The notes under the pieces were generated by a model. It was not told where the DNA came from, searched no databases, and was given only the letters and a program-made list of their open reading frames with translations. Of a stretch of 64,000 nucleotides of DNA, positions 41,925-51,360 are shown piece by piece. Source of the stretch: Kofleriaceae bacterium (GTDB lineage: Bacteria > Myxococcota_A > Polyangia > Haliangiales > Haliangiaceae); contig CBDCCZ010000058.1 in the NCBI GenBank assembly GCA_965215005.1, forward strand, positions 1 through 64,000, read 5' to 3'. The translations under genes were made by a program, and so were the position numbers. Every line of letters starts with the position of its first letter. The stretch's first letter is position 1.

Positions 41925-44900
41925 AGCAATTGCCTCCAGCCTACGAAGATAAAGTCTTCGGTTTCACTCAAGAAGCCGTCGCCTTCGCTCGTGCCGCCAC
42001 CAGCTCCTGCGGCCGAGTCGCCACCAGCGCTGGCGGCGCGCGGCGTCCCGACGCGAACGGTTTCGCCGGAGAGGGTGGTGAAGTAGAGGGCCCCGGCGTC
42101 GCCGTACAGCGACGACACGGTGGCCGAGGCGATCGACGTCGAGAAGTCTTGCTCGAAGGTGTTCAAGTCGAGACCGAACACCTCGGAGCGACCAAACTCG
42201 CACGCTTGCGTGCCCACGGGCGGGTCGATAGAGCGCGTGACCAGCACCTGCTCTTTGGTCACCACAACGCCGCCGTAGAACTTCTCGCAGTTGCCGCTGC
42301 CGTCACACGTGCCCGCGACGGTGTCGCGAATCTCGCCGGTGTCTGCGTATACCGCGTAGAACGCATTGAGCTGGGAAGGGTCGTAGGATTCGATGCCGCC
42401 GGTGCCAAAGAAGATCGTCATGCGCCCGAGGTTGTCGGGGCGCGCGCCCATGGTGCCGACAATCGGCCGCTGCTGTCCCAACGCCCCAGAGGTGGCCTGG
42501 GTCGAGAACAGCGCCATGCTGGCGTTTCCGGCCGGATCCTCGGCGCCGGTATCGATGGTGCCGATGCCGGTGATCCATCCATCGGTCGTGCCGCTGATGG
42601 TGTACGCAACGTTGGGATTGATCTTGTAGACGTTGCCGCAGTTGTCGGCGAACACCACTCGGTCGATGAAGCCATCGATCGCAGGCGCGTCGGGCTCTTG
42701 CGCATCGTCGGTCTCAAATAAGATCAAGTCAGTCGTGACCGGGCATGCAGCGCGAAATCGCCACAGCGAGGTGCCAGTCGACATGTCCACGCCATACACG
42801 TCGCGGCCTTTGGAGTAGGGCGGCGTCAAGTCGTCGAAGGCAACGCCAGTGGCGAGGATGGCCACGTGCCGTTCGACCTCGTCGATCCGAACGCGTGCGA
42901 TGGATGGCTTGCTGTAACCTTGTCCTGCTTCAGCGCCACCCGGCACCACTTCCCATAGGGGAGTTGGACCATTGACCGTGCCATCGGCAGCGACGGCGTC
43001 AGTAATGTCGATGGCGGCGACGCTCTTGCCGCCGTTGCCACCCGAGATGAGCGCAACGGTGTGCCACTGGCCGTCGCTGAGCTTGAGGTCAGCGACGGTC
43101 GGCGAACCATCGGGGAAGGCGGTCGCGGTATCGTTGGCGGCGTCTTCCGCCATGCGAGCGGCGATGCGCGGTGGCACGTACGCCCACGCCTCTTTGCCAT
43201 TCTTGTTGTCAGCAATGTTGGTCGCGTCGTTCCAGATCGCGTGGATGAATCCATCCTTGGAGCCAAACAGCACGGTCGTAGGTCGATCCGCATGGGCGGC
43301 GAGAAATGCATCGAGGTCCTCGCGCGCTTTGCCGCGCACGTAGGAGTAGTAGACCGGCTGCACTGGTGGCACGACCACGGCCGGGGTCGAGCTCTCGACG
43401 GCGCCGAGCACGCTGGTTTCGCCGATGCCGAAGCGGGCGCTCCGTGCCCACTCGACGAGAGCTTGGGCTTGCTCGGCGCTGGCAACGCCGAGGGTACCGA
43501 TGAGATCTGGGTTGCTGGCGTTGCTGACGCGAAACTCGATGGCCTCGTTTCCAGAAGGCGTGGCGGTATAGAGCTTGCGGCTCGCATCCGAGGTGCTTGC
43601 TAGCTTCTCCGCGGTGTCCCAGTAGGTCTGCGACAACGCCGCGTCGAGGGCGTAGAAATGGCCGCGATCGCCAGGCTGACGAAAGGCGCCGAGATAGGCG
43701 ACACCGTCATGAACCACGACGCCGGAGCGGAAGTGCTGCTCCGCCGGCGTGTAATCGAAGGTGAGCGTCACCCCGGTGATGGTTGGCGTCTGAGTGCGTG
43801 TCGAGTTGGAGCACATATTCGCCTTCCAACGTACTTTTCGTCCAACGGGCTTGGGAAACGAGACGCAATAGTCGCTCGGATCGTCGGTGCACTCGCCGGC
43901 GACCTGCCAGTTGGCAGGATCTTCATTGGACATGTAATACGTCAGCGAGGTGCCTGCTGGTAGTTGCGCGTCCGGTGACAGCCGCGCCGCGGTCACTACC
44001 ATCTCTTCATTCTCGAGGGGGCCAAGGTCGAGGATTCCCGACTGGACATCGCCGCACTCGACGTAGGTATTGACCACGCGGTTTGCAAAGACGAAGAACG
44101 TTCCCGAGTCGTTGCCGTCGGCTATCAAGAAGTCGGCGGTGTTGTCGGGGTCGTTGTCGTAGTCGAGGACCACACCAAGGTCGAAGTCGTAGAGGTTGCC
44201 GGAGTTGTGGCTTTGGTGAAACGACAGCTGCTGCGTGAGCCCGGTATTAAACGGGTCGGTGGTGGCGTTGTTCTTGAAATAGAAGGTTTGCCCGCCCAAG
44301 TGCGAGCCACAGTTAAACTCGTCGGTGCCGTAGATGAGGTCGGTCTTGCCGTCGAGCGAGAAATCGGCAGCAAGCATCACGGTGGCAGCGCCGACGCCGC
44401 CACCCAGGGTCTTGTAGTTGTTATCGATGCCGCCGCCGGCCAATCCCGGATAGATCCGCACCGCGGAGGCGGAGTTGCAGCTCGAGGGCGAACCTATGAC
44501 CAGATCCTTGCTGCCATCGCCATTGAAATCGCGATAGTTTACAGCGTTGGCGCCCTTAGGGCCAAAATCGAGCCCGGAGACGATGCTGGTGGCTACGAAC
44601 CGGGGAGCGGTAGAGCACGGCTGCCCAGCCACGTAGATGTCCGGGCAGTCGTTGAGCAGCGCCAGCACAGCAGCGCTGGAGTTGCTCGAGCTCGTCTTGG
44701 TGCCCCAGATGATGTCGAGCCAGCCATCGCCGTTGTAGTCGGCGGTGACAGCGTTGGTTGAGGACCAGAGAAGATAGCCAAGACTGGCGGGATTCGTCGT
44801 GAGGTTGTATGGCGCCCGGAACGTGCCGTTGCCGTTACCGCGATACAGCCGGTACGTATTAAGGACTGTGTTGCCAGAATTGCTAGCGCGAAAGTGGGCG

Positions 44901-45424
44901 ACGTCGAGGTGTCCGTCGTTGTCGAAGTCGCCCGAGACCATGCTGGCGTGATCATTCGCAGCCGCGGAGGGCTCGATATCGGTGGTGCGGACGAAATAGG
45001 GCGTGCGCGCATCCGCGGGATCGAGCCAATTCGGCTCGGGATTCTCAAACGTGCGGTTCTTGTAGAAACGAACGAAGCGGTTACCCGACGAGCTCACCAC
45101 GATGTCTTGCCAGCCGTCTTCATCGAAGTCGCCCGCTGCGGCGACGTTGAACGTGTCCGACAGTGGCAAGAGAGTGGCTTTGAACTGGCCACCGGCCTTC
45201 TTGAGCCGCAGCTTACTAACGTTGTCGTCGTAGACCACACCGGCTTCGGAGGCGGTTGCGAACGCTTTGAGCGTGCCTCCTTGCTGATTCGACGGCCACG
45301 AGGTCCGCGGGCATCCTTCGGTGGGATCGATGGCGTCCGCTGATCCGTCGCCCGATAGCAGCAAGGCCGCGGTCGCCAAGGGGACGAACGCGGCTACTCG
45401 GAGATATTGTAGGCGTCTTCGCAT
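41921..45424 (-). CDS. PilY1/PilC-like tip adhesin with N-terminal FG-GAP/VCBS repeats
   Basis: Signal peptide; repeated DFDEDG/DFDNDG/DYNGDG motifs; PilY1 propeller motifs GSKDGFIHA, EAWAYVP, DGSPTVAD, DGFIDRV, FFGTGG and terminal WRQ. Confidence 0.85.
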   Translation of the reverse strand: MRRRLQYLRVAAFVPLATAALLLSGDGSADAIDPTEGCPRTSWPSNQQGGTLKAFATASEAGVVYDDNVSKLRLKKAGGQFKATLLPLSDTFNVAAAGDFDEDGWQDIVVSSSGNRFVRFYKNRTFENPEPNWLDPADARTPYFVRTTDIEPSAAANDHASMVSGDFDNDGHLDVAHFRASNSGNTVLNTYRLYRGNGNGTFRAPYNLTTNPASLGYLLWSSTNAVTADYNGDGWLDIIWGTKTSSSNSSAAVLALLNDCPDIYVAGQPCSTAPRFVATSIVSGLDFGPKGANAVNYRDFNGDGSKDLVIGSPSSCNSASAVRIYPGLAGGGIDNNYKTLGGGVGAATVMLAADFSLDGKTDLIYGTDEFNCGSHLGGQTFYFKNNATTDPFNTGLTQQLSFHQSHNSGNLYDFDLGVVLDYDNDPDNTADFLIADGNDSGTFFVFANRVVNTYVECGDVQSGILDLGPLENEEMVVTAARLSPDAQLPAGTSLTYYMSNEDPANWQVAGECTDDPSDYCVSFPKPVGRKVRWKANMCSNSTRTQTPTITGVTLTFDYTPAEQHFRSGVVVHDGVAYLGAFRQPGDRGHFYALDAALSQTYWDTAEKLASTSDASRKLYTATPSGNEAIEFRVSNASNPDLIGTLGVASAEQAQALVEWARSARFGIGETSVLGAVESSTPAVVVPPVQPVYYSYVRGKAREDLDAFLAAHADRPTTVLFGSKDGFIHAIWNDATNIADNKNGKEAWAYVPPRIAARMAEDAANDTATAFPDGSPTVADLKLSDGQWHTVALISGGNGGKSVAAIDITDAVAADGTVNGPTPLWEVVPGGAEAGQGYSKPSIARVRIDEVERHVAILATGVAFDDLTPPYSKGRDVYGVDMSTGTSLWRFRAACPVTTDLILFETDDAQEPDAPAIDGFIDRVVFADNCGNVYKINPNVAYTISGTTDGWITGIGTIDTGAEDPAGNASMALFSTQATSGALGQQRPIVGTMGARPDNLGRMTIFFGTGGIESYDPSQLNAFYAVYADTGEIRDTVAGTCDGSGNCEKFYGGVVVTKEQVLVTRSIDPPVGTQACEFGRSEVFGLDLNTFEQDFSTSIASATVSSLYGDAGALYFTTLSGETVRVGTPRAASAGGDSAAGAGGGTSEGDGFLSETEDFIFVGWRQLL

Positions 45425-45434
45425 TGGACAGTCC

Positions 45435-46043
45435 TTACGCGCCAGGCCGGTATGTGGCTGTATCGGCACCTTCGATGCGATCTAAACAGTCATTGCGACC
45501 CGCACCGTCTTCTGCAATGCCGCGTTGGGCGTAGCCGGGGCAGGGGCGACGAGCTTGCACCAGGCCGTTGGCGGCAACCTCGAGCTCGAGCATCACCAAG
45601 GCACCGTCGGGTCCTAATCCACGAACCCGCAGGATTACCTGTCCATCCTCGTCGGTTCCGGTAGCGAAACCGGGGTCATTGGGGTTGTTGAGAACTTCGA
45701 CCTCGTAGCGAGCTCGCGACCCGGCGGAAAGCGGGTTGGTGGCATCCCCTGCGCTCGCTTCGTTGCCGATGATCGCCGACGGACGCTGCGGCGTCGCGTT
45801 GTTCTGCGAGACCCACTCGCTCCAGTTGTCTTCGGGATCGATGTTGATGCGCAGAAACTCAAGACCGGCAGCGAGTCCGCTCTCCGCGGCATAGAGCGCG
45901 ACCGCAGTGAAGCGGGCGTGGGCGCCCACCGACATGCGCCGCTGCACCGACAGAACCGCCATTCCCGCAACCGCCAGCAGACCGCTGAGGGCGATGAGGG
46001 CGATGAGCATGACGCTACCGCGCTCCTTGGAGGACCGAGGCAT
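45435..46043 (-). CDS. PilX-like minor pilin
   Basis: ERG|SVMLIAL (no Glu5, as in PilX/GspK) and ALYAAESGL. Confidence 0.75.
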   Translation of the reverse strand: MPRSSKERGSVMLIALIALSGLLAVAGMAVLSVQRRMSVGAHARFTAVALYAAESGLAAGLEFLRINIDPEDNWSEWVSQNNATPQRPSAIIGNEASAGDATNPLSAGSRARYEVEVLNNPNDPGFATGTDEDGQVILRVRGLGPDGALVMLELEVAANGLVQARRPCPGYAQRGIAEDGAGRNDCLDRIEGADTATYRPGA

Positions 46044-46558
46044 TCGCGAGGCGCTGCCCGGTCGAAGGTCGAGTGCCGCGCCAGCCGATGCATTCTCTGC
46101 GGTCATGCCCTGTATTAACGTCACGTTTATGCGTATTCTTTAGCACTAAAAAGATATCTCAGTAAAAGAAAAGCGTAGAAAAACAGAGGGCTTATGTAGT
46201 CGCAGGCGCCGCGGTATCTAACCTGTAACCCGGTCCTCGGAGGCTCTGCGACACCACCCGAGCTGCAAGCCGAGACATGCCGCGAAAGCCAAGCCCAACG
46301 GTTTGTCGAGAGGGCGGCACAATTGTCCCGTTGCACCCAGATCGCGACACTACGGCGTCTTGGGCCCCTCCGCCGCCGCCTGTTAATGAAGAGTGCTCCG
46401 GTGGCGAATGCGGCTGGGGCGCATCGCCCAGCCGCTCACTTAAGCGCTCTTCGCCGACATTTCCCGGGGCTTAAATCCCAATGTCGTGACGCAGGCCGTC
46501 TGCCCTCACCACGAGTCCCGACACGTGACCACAGCGAGACCGGGCGCGGCGGGAGCTA

Positions 46559-46574
46559 TGGCACCGCACTTGAA
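46559..46574 (+). promoter_or_regulatory. Possible sigma54 (-24/-12) promoter
   Basis: TGGCACCGCACTTGAA has correct spacing but GA instead of GC at -12. It lies upstream of the receiver gene. Confidence 0.4.
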
Positions 46575-46619
46575 ACAGCTGCGAGATATTGCCACTCGCA
46601 GTGGACACAAGGAGGCTCG

Positions 46620-47008
46620 TGGTGCTCACCCAAAGCTCGCCGACTATCGCACTCATCGATGACGACGAACCCCTTCGCGATCTGATGGCGTCGCTGCTCG
46701 AGCGACACGGCTATCAGGTTCAGACGTATGCCAACGGCAACGGCTTTCTTGCAGCCGACGATCATGATCAGGTGACGCTTATCCTGAGCGATGTCGATAT
46801 GCCCGACGGCGACGGTTTCGACGTGGTGTCCTACGCCGCACTGAATAACATCCCGGTGATCCTCGTGACTGGACTTCCCGACGGGGCGATGCTCGAAGCA
46901 GTTCGCTCTGCAGGCGCAACCGCCGTGCTGCGTAAACCAGTTGCCCCATCGGCGCTGTGGCGTGTCCTGCGGCAGAGTTTGCCCGAAGCGAGCCATGCGG
47001 CGAGCTAG
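46620..47008 (+). CDS. Single-domain response regulator
   Basis: IDDD, SDVDMP, ILVTG and RKP. GGAGG precedes GTG 46620. Confidence 0.85.
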
Positions 47009-47143
47009 CGCATCAATCGCAAGCAAAACGCGATCTAACGCCACGGGCGGCGGTGGGGTCATCATCTACGGCTTCACACGCAAGCACTGCTTGCGCCGCA
47101 ACCCATCGCGCGCTAGCGCGACCGAGCGTGCTACGTTTCGCCG

Positions 47144-47602
47144 GTGAACCTGGTCGACGAGCTGCACGCTATTGGTGCAGCATTTCACCGCGCCGATATT
47201 GCTTACGCTATTTGCGGCGGAATCGCGGTCACGATGCACGGAGCCGTTCGCTCCACAAAAGATATCGATCTTCTGATTGCGGCAGGTGATTGCCAGAAGG
47301 CAATGACGGCCATGGAGCCGCTGGGCTACACGTTTCCAGCGCTGCCGATGGCCTTTGAAGAAGACACTCCTCGAGAGCGACGTGTACAGCGAATCAGTAA
47401 GGTGGAGGGGAAGTTTCACCTGGCACTGGATCTGGTCTTCGCCGAGGCATCTCTGGAAGGGTTTCTAGACGATCGCGTGGAGGTGAGGTTGCCGCAAGGG
47501 TCATTGTGGGTGGTGAGTCGCGACGCGTTAGTGAAGATGAAACAGCTTGCAGGGCGGATGCAGGACCTTGCCGACATCGCAGCGCTCGAGAAGGAATCAT
47601 GA
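47144..47602 (+). CDS. Nucleotidyltransferase-fold protein (DUF6036/AbiEii-like)
   Basis: GGIAVTMHG..RSTKDIDLL, LVKMK and GR.QDLADI. Confidence 0.75.
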   Translation: MNLVDELHAIGAAFHRADIAYAICGGIAVTMHGAVRSTKDIDLLIAAGDCQKAMTAMEPLGYTFPALPMAFEEDTPRERRVQRISKVEGKFHLALDLVFAEASLEGFLDDRVEVRLPQGSLWVVSRDALVKMKQLAGRMQDLADIAALEKES

Positions 47603-47895
47603 GCGTTGCGGATCAATCTCGTGACCCGAGCCAGCTTCTAGGCAGCGGTCTATCTGCAGACGTGGCTGGGCGATTGGAGCGGCTGCGTTCCCTCTACGTT
47701 CCCGAGAACCTCGATGCAGCGCGCGCTCGCTTAGAGCGGGATGCTGCGGCGGCGTCGCAGACCTTTGAGGAGAAGGTTGCCGCTCGTCTCCACGAGCTCC
47801 GCGCGCTGTACGACCTCGCCACCTATCTCCACCGAGCGCGCCCAGGCACGAAACCCAGAAGCGAAGACGCAGCCGATAGTGAAGGCGCAGGTTGA
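47599..47895 (+). CDS. Small helical hypothetical protein coupled to the nucleotidyltransferase
   Basis: ATGA overlap with the upstream stop and an AAGGA RBS; 98 aa. Confidence 0.6.
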   Translation: MSVADQSRDPSQLLGSGLSADVAGRLERLRSLYVPENLDAARARLERDAAAASQTFEEKVAARLHELRALYDLATYLHRARPGTKPRSEDAADSEGAG

Positions 47896-48130
47896 GGCTG
47901 TCTGGACCGAAGTTTACATAATATCAATTATGCGACGTTGTTGCTGAAGCCAGGGGCGGTCCGACCGCGACACGCTACGCCGGCGGCGTACTCTAGCTGC
48001 GCGTGGTGTTCCGGTAAGCGCCCACATTCGCGCTCAACGTGTGCAGCTAACCTCTTGAAAAGCCGGAACAAAATCGAACCTCGTGGTTCGCGAGTGGCGG
48101 CTCGAACGCTACAATCGCTGGGTTCGACCC

Positions 48131-49630
48131 ATGGCAGCTCCTTCGCAACAGGCGCGCAGTGACCTCGCGGTGGTGTCGGAGCCGGAGCGCATTCGCGTTC
48201 TGGCCATCGACGATCAGGCGGAGGTATTCCACGCGCTGCGCCGCCTCCTCAAGAGCCGCGGGTTCGACGTCGAAGGCTGCACCGCGTCGACCGAGGCGCT
48301 GGCGCGGCTCGAGGCCGAGCCCAGCGCCTGGGACCTCGTGCTGTTAGACGTAAACATGCCCGGAATGAGCGGGCTCGAGGTCTTGCCGCGACTCAAGGAG
48401 ATCGTCCCCGACGTCCCGGTGATCATGCTTACCGCCGACGATCGCGCCACCACCGCGGTTGAGGCGCTCAAGGCCGGCGCTTTCAACTACCTTACCAAGC
48501 CGCTGGCCGACGCCGACGCGGTCGCGTTGACGCTATCGAGGGCGGGCAGCGTTGGTCAGCTGCAGCGGCGTGCGCGGGTCCTCGAAAGCCAGGTTTCGTT
48601 TGCCGGTAAGTTCGAGCGGCTGATCGGCGCCAGCGCCTCGATGCGAGCGCTCTACACCACCATTGAGAAGCTTGCGCGCACCGACGTCAACGTGCTGATT
48701 CGCGGCGAGTCCGGAACCGGCAAAGAGCTCGTGGCCCGAGCGATTCATTCCCGCTCCGGCCGTCAGCGCGGACCGTTCGTCGCGCTCAACTGCGGCGCGA
48801 TTCCCGAGGCCCTCATCGACAGTGAGCTGTTCGGCCATGCCAAGGGCGCGTTCACCGGCGCGATCGGCGCCCGGCTCGGCGTGTTCGGCGAAGCCGACGA
48901 CGGCACCTTGTTCCTCGACGAAATCGGCGACGTACCGCTGCCGGTGCAGTCGCGGATGTTGCGGGCCCTGCAAGAGCGCGAGGTTCGCGCGGTGGGCGCC
49001 AATGGCTCACGAAAAGTCGACGTGCGCGTGCTCGCCGCCACCCACGTCGATCTCGACGCCGCGGTCGAAAGTAAGCAGTTCCGCGCCGACTTGTACTATC
49101 GCCTCAACGTCGTGTCCGTCTACGTGCCACCGCTTCGCGAGCGCATGGAGGACATTCCGGTGTTGGCCGCGCACTTCGTAGAAAAGCACTCCGAGCAGCT
49201 CGGCCGGCCGATTCCTCGTCTCACCGCCGATGCGATTCGCACGCTGAGCGATTACGACTGGCCCGGCAACGTGCGCGAGCTCGAGAACGCCATCCAGCAC
49301 GCGCTCGCTCTGGTACCCGGCGACGTTGTGAGCGCCGAGGCGCTACCACATCGGATCGAGGCGCACGGACTCGAGACGGCGACCAGCGTAGCGCCGCCCA
49401 TCACGAAAGCGAGCGGCAGCAGCGGCGTCGATTGGGCAGATGAGTTGGCTTTCAATGATGCGCGCAAGCGGGCGCAGCGCGAGTTCGAGCACGCCTATCT
49501 CAGCCGGCTGCTCGAGCGCACCAGCGGCAACGTTTCCGAAGCGGCGCGCGTCGCTGGTCTCGACCGGTCGAACCTGCGCCGGGTGCTCTCTCGGCACGAC
49601 ATCGACCCCGAGCGCTACCGCGACTCGTAG
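48131..49630 (+). CDS. NtrC-family sigma54-dependent response regulator
   Basis: Receiver domain, GESGTGKE, GAFTGA, LFLDEIG, FRADLYYRL, WPGNVREL and a Fis-type HTH. Confidence 0.95.
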   Translation: MAAPSQQARSDLAVVSEPERIRVLAIDDQAEVFHALRRLLKSRGFDVEGCTASTEALARLEAEPSAWDLVLLDVNMPGMSGLEVLPRLKEIVPDVPVIMLTADDRATTAVEALKAGAFNYLTKPLADADAVALTLSRAGSVGQLQRRARVLESQVSFAGKFERLIGASASMRALYTTIEKLARTDVNVLIRGESGTGKELVARAIHSRSGRQRGPFVALNCGAIPEALIDSELFGHAKGAFTGAIGARLGVFGEADDGTLFLDEIGDVPLPVQSRMLRALQEREVRAVGANGSRKVDVRVLAATHVDLDAAVESKQFRADLYYRLNVVSVYVPPLRERMEDIPVLAAHFVEKHSEQLGRPIPRLTADAIRTLSDYDWPGNVRELENAIQHALALVPGDVVSAEALPHRIEAHGLETATSVAPPITKASGSSGVDWADELAFNDARKRAQREFEHAYLSRLLERTSGNVSEAARVAGLDRSNLRRVLSRHDIDPERYRDS

Positions 49631-49802
49631 CCGAGGCTCGCGCAGCGCCGCCCTCGCGACGCCAGGATTCCCCGCCACCACGCTGGCGGCAGCGCTCCAC
49701 GGCCGCCGTTCTCGCATCTGCGCGGGTTGCTCCTCAAGTTGGCCACGGGGGCGGCCGATTCCACCCATGAACCGCGGTGCACCAGGTTCAAGGGGAGACC
49801 GT

Positions 49803-50207
49803 ATGTCCGCTCAGTACACCATCTTGCTCGTCGACGACGAACCAGATATTCGTGGCGCGCTTCGTCGCTCGCTCAAAGACGCCAACTACGAGTTCATCGA
49901 GGCCAGCGATGGTGCCGAAGCTCTCGCCCTTCTCCGCGACCACGACGTCGACGCGGTGATCAGCGACTACAACATGCCCGGAATGAACGGGCTCGACCTC
50001 CTGCAGCAGATTCGCATCAGCCAACCAGAGGTGCTGCGCCTGCTGCTCACCGCCCGCGCCGACGTCAACCTCGCGGTTCGCGCCCTCAATGAGGGGTCAG
50101 TTCATCGCTTCCTGCTCAAGCCGTGGGATCACATTGACCTGCGCGGCATCATCGAAATGACGTTGCACACCATGCGCACGCCGCAGGCGGCCGCAGCACG
50201 AAAATGA
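49803..50207 (+). CDS. Single-domain response regulator
   Basis: VDDE, SDYNMP, LLTA and KPW. Confidence 0.88.
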   Translation: MSAQYTILLVDDEPDIRGALRRSLKDANYEFIEASDGAEALALLRDHDVDAVISDYNMPGMNGLDLLQQIRISQPEVLRLLLTARADVNLAVRALNEGSVHRFLLKPWDHIDLRGIIEMTLHTMRTPQAAAARK

Positions 50208-51346
50208 AAGCCCTCGCCAGCCACGAGCCTGTCATCGCGGCGCTACCAGATACGGCAGCGGCTCGCGTTTTGGTCGCCGACGACGACGAGTCGATGCGAC
50301 GCCTGGTGTCGCGGGCGCTTCGCCGTCATGGTTTCGAGGTCATCGAGGCCTCCGACGGGGTCGCCGCGGTCGAAGCCGCGAGCATAGCCACGCCGCAGGT
50401 AGCGGTGGTCGATCTGCAAATGCCGCGGATGGGCGGCTTCGAGGTGGTGCGAGCGCTCAAGGCACGCCACCGTGCCGAGCTCCCGGTGCTGGTGCTAAGC
50501 GGCCTGGATGATCCCGATGATCGAGTCCGCGCGTTCGAGGCCGGTGCCGATGACTTCGTTCCCAAGCCGGTCTACATGCCCGAGCTGCTCAAGCGCGTTG
50601 ACGCGTTCGAGCGCACCCGTCGCGCCTATCTCGAGCTGCAGCGCGCCAATGAGCGCGCAGATCGGCTCCGCCTGTTCGGCGCCGAGGCGGCCGCGCTGCT
50701 CGCCCACGACCTCAACAACGGCTTGAGCATTGCCAACGCAAACCTCCTATATCTTTCAGGAGAGTTGCTGCTCGAGGGGGAGCCTGCCGAGGCGCTTGCG
50801 GCGACGGTTCGCGCGCTGCGCCGAATGAGCAAGCTCGTTTCTAACTTCGTCGATATCAGTCGGCTGGAAGACGCAGCCATTGAACCCGAGCGCGTCACGG
50901 TCGAGGTCGCCGAGCTGCTCACGAGCTCGGCGCTCATCCATGATCCGCGTCGGGAACCCGGCGACCGCCCAATCGCCGTCGACTGCGCTGCGGGTCTCAC
51001 TGCTGAGATCGATCCGGTGTTGGTCGAGCGCGTCATTCACAACCTGCTCAACAACGCCACCCGCTACGTCGATCGCGGCGGGCTGATCGCCCTCATCGCC
51101 CATCGTTGGGAGGATCCCTTCGGCGCGCAGTGGCTGCACATCGGGGTCGGCAACACCGGTCAACCCGTTCCTGCCGACCTCAAGCTCACGCTCTTTGATA
51201 AGTACCGCACGGGTCGCGACGGCAAAGCCCAGCGCGGCATGGGGCTGTATTTTTGCCGATTGGCCTGTGAAGCCCACGGCGGCGCGATCGTCCTGCGCTC
51301 TCATGAGCGCTTCGCCACCTACTTCGCCGTCGAATTGCCCGCGTAG
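50204..51346 (+). CDS. Hybrid receiver-histidine kinase
   Basis: ADDD, DLQMP, AHDLNN (H box), NLLNNA and GMGLYFC. Confidence 0.88.
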   Translation: MKALASHEPVIAALPDTAAARVLVADDDESMRRLVSRALRRHGFEVIEASDGVAAVEAASIATPQVAVVDLQMPRMGGFEVVRALKARHRAELPVLVLSGLDDPDDRVRAFEAGADDFVPKPVYMPELLKRVDAFERTRRAYLELQRANERADRLRLFGAEAAALLAHDLNNGLSIANANLLYLSGELLLEGEPAEALAATVRALRRMSKLVSNFVDISRLEDAAIEPERVTVEVAELLTSSALIHDPRREPGDRPIAVDCAAGLTAEIDPVLVERVIHNLLNNATRYVDRGGLIALIAHRWEDPFGAQWLHIGVGNTGQPVPADLKLTLFDKYRTGRDGKAQRGMGLYFCRLACEAHGGAIVLRSHERFATYFAVELPA

Positions 51347-51360
51347 CGCGACGCGTCGCC

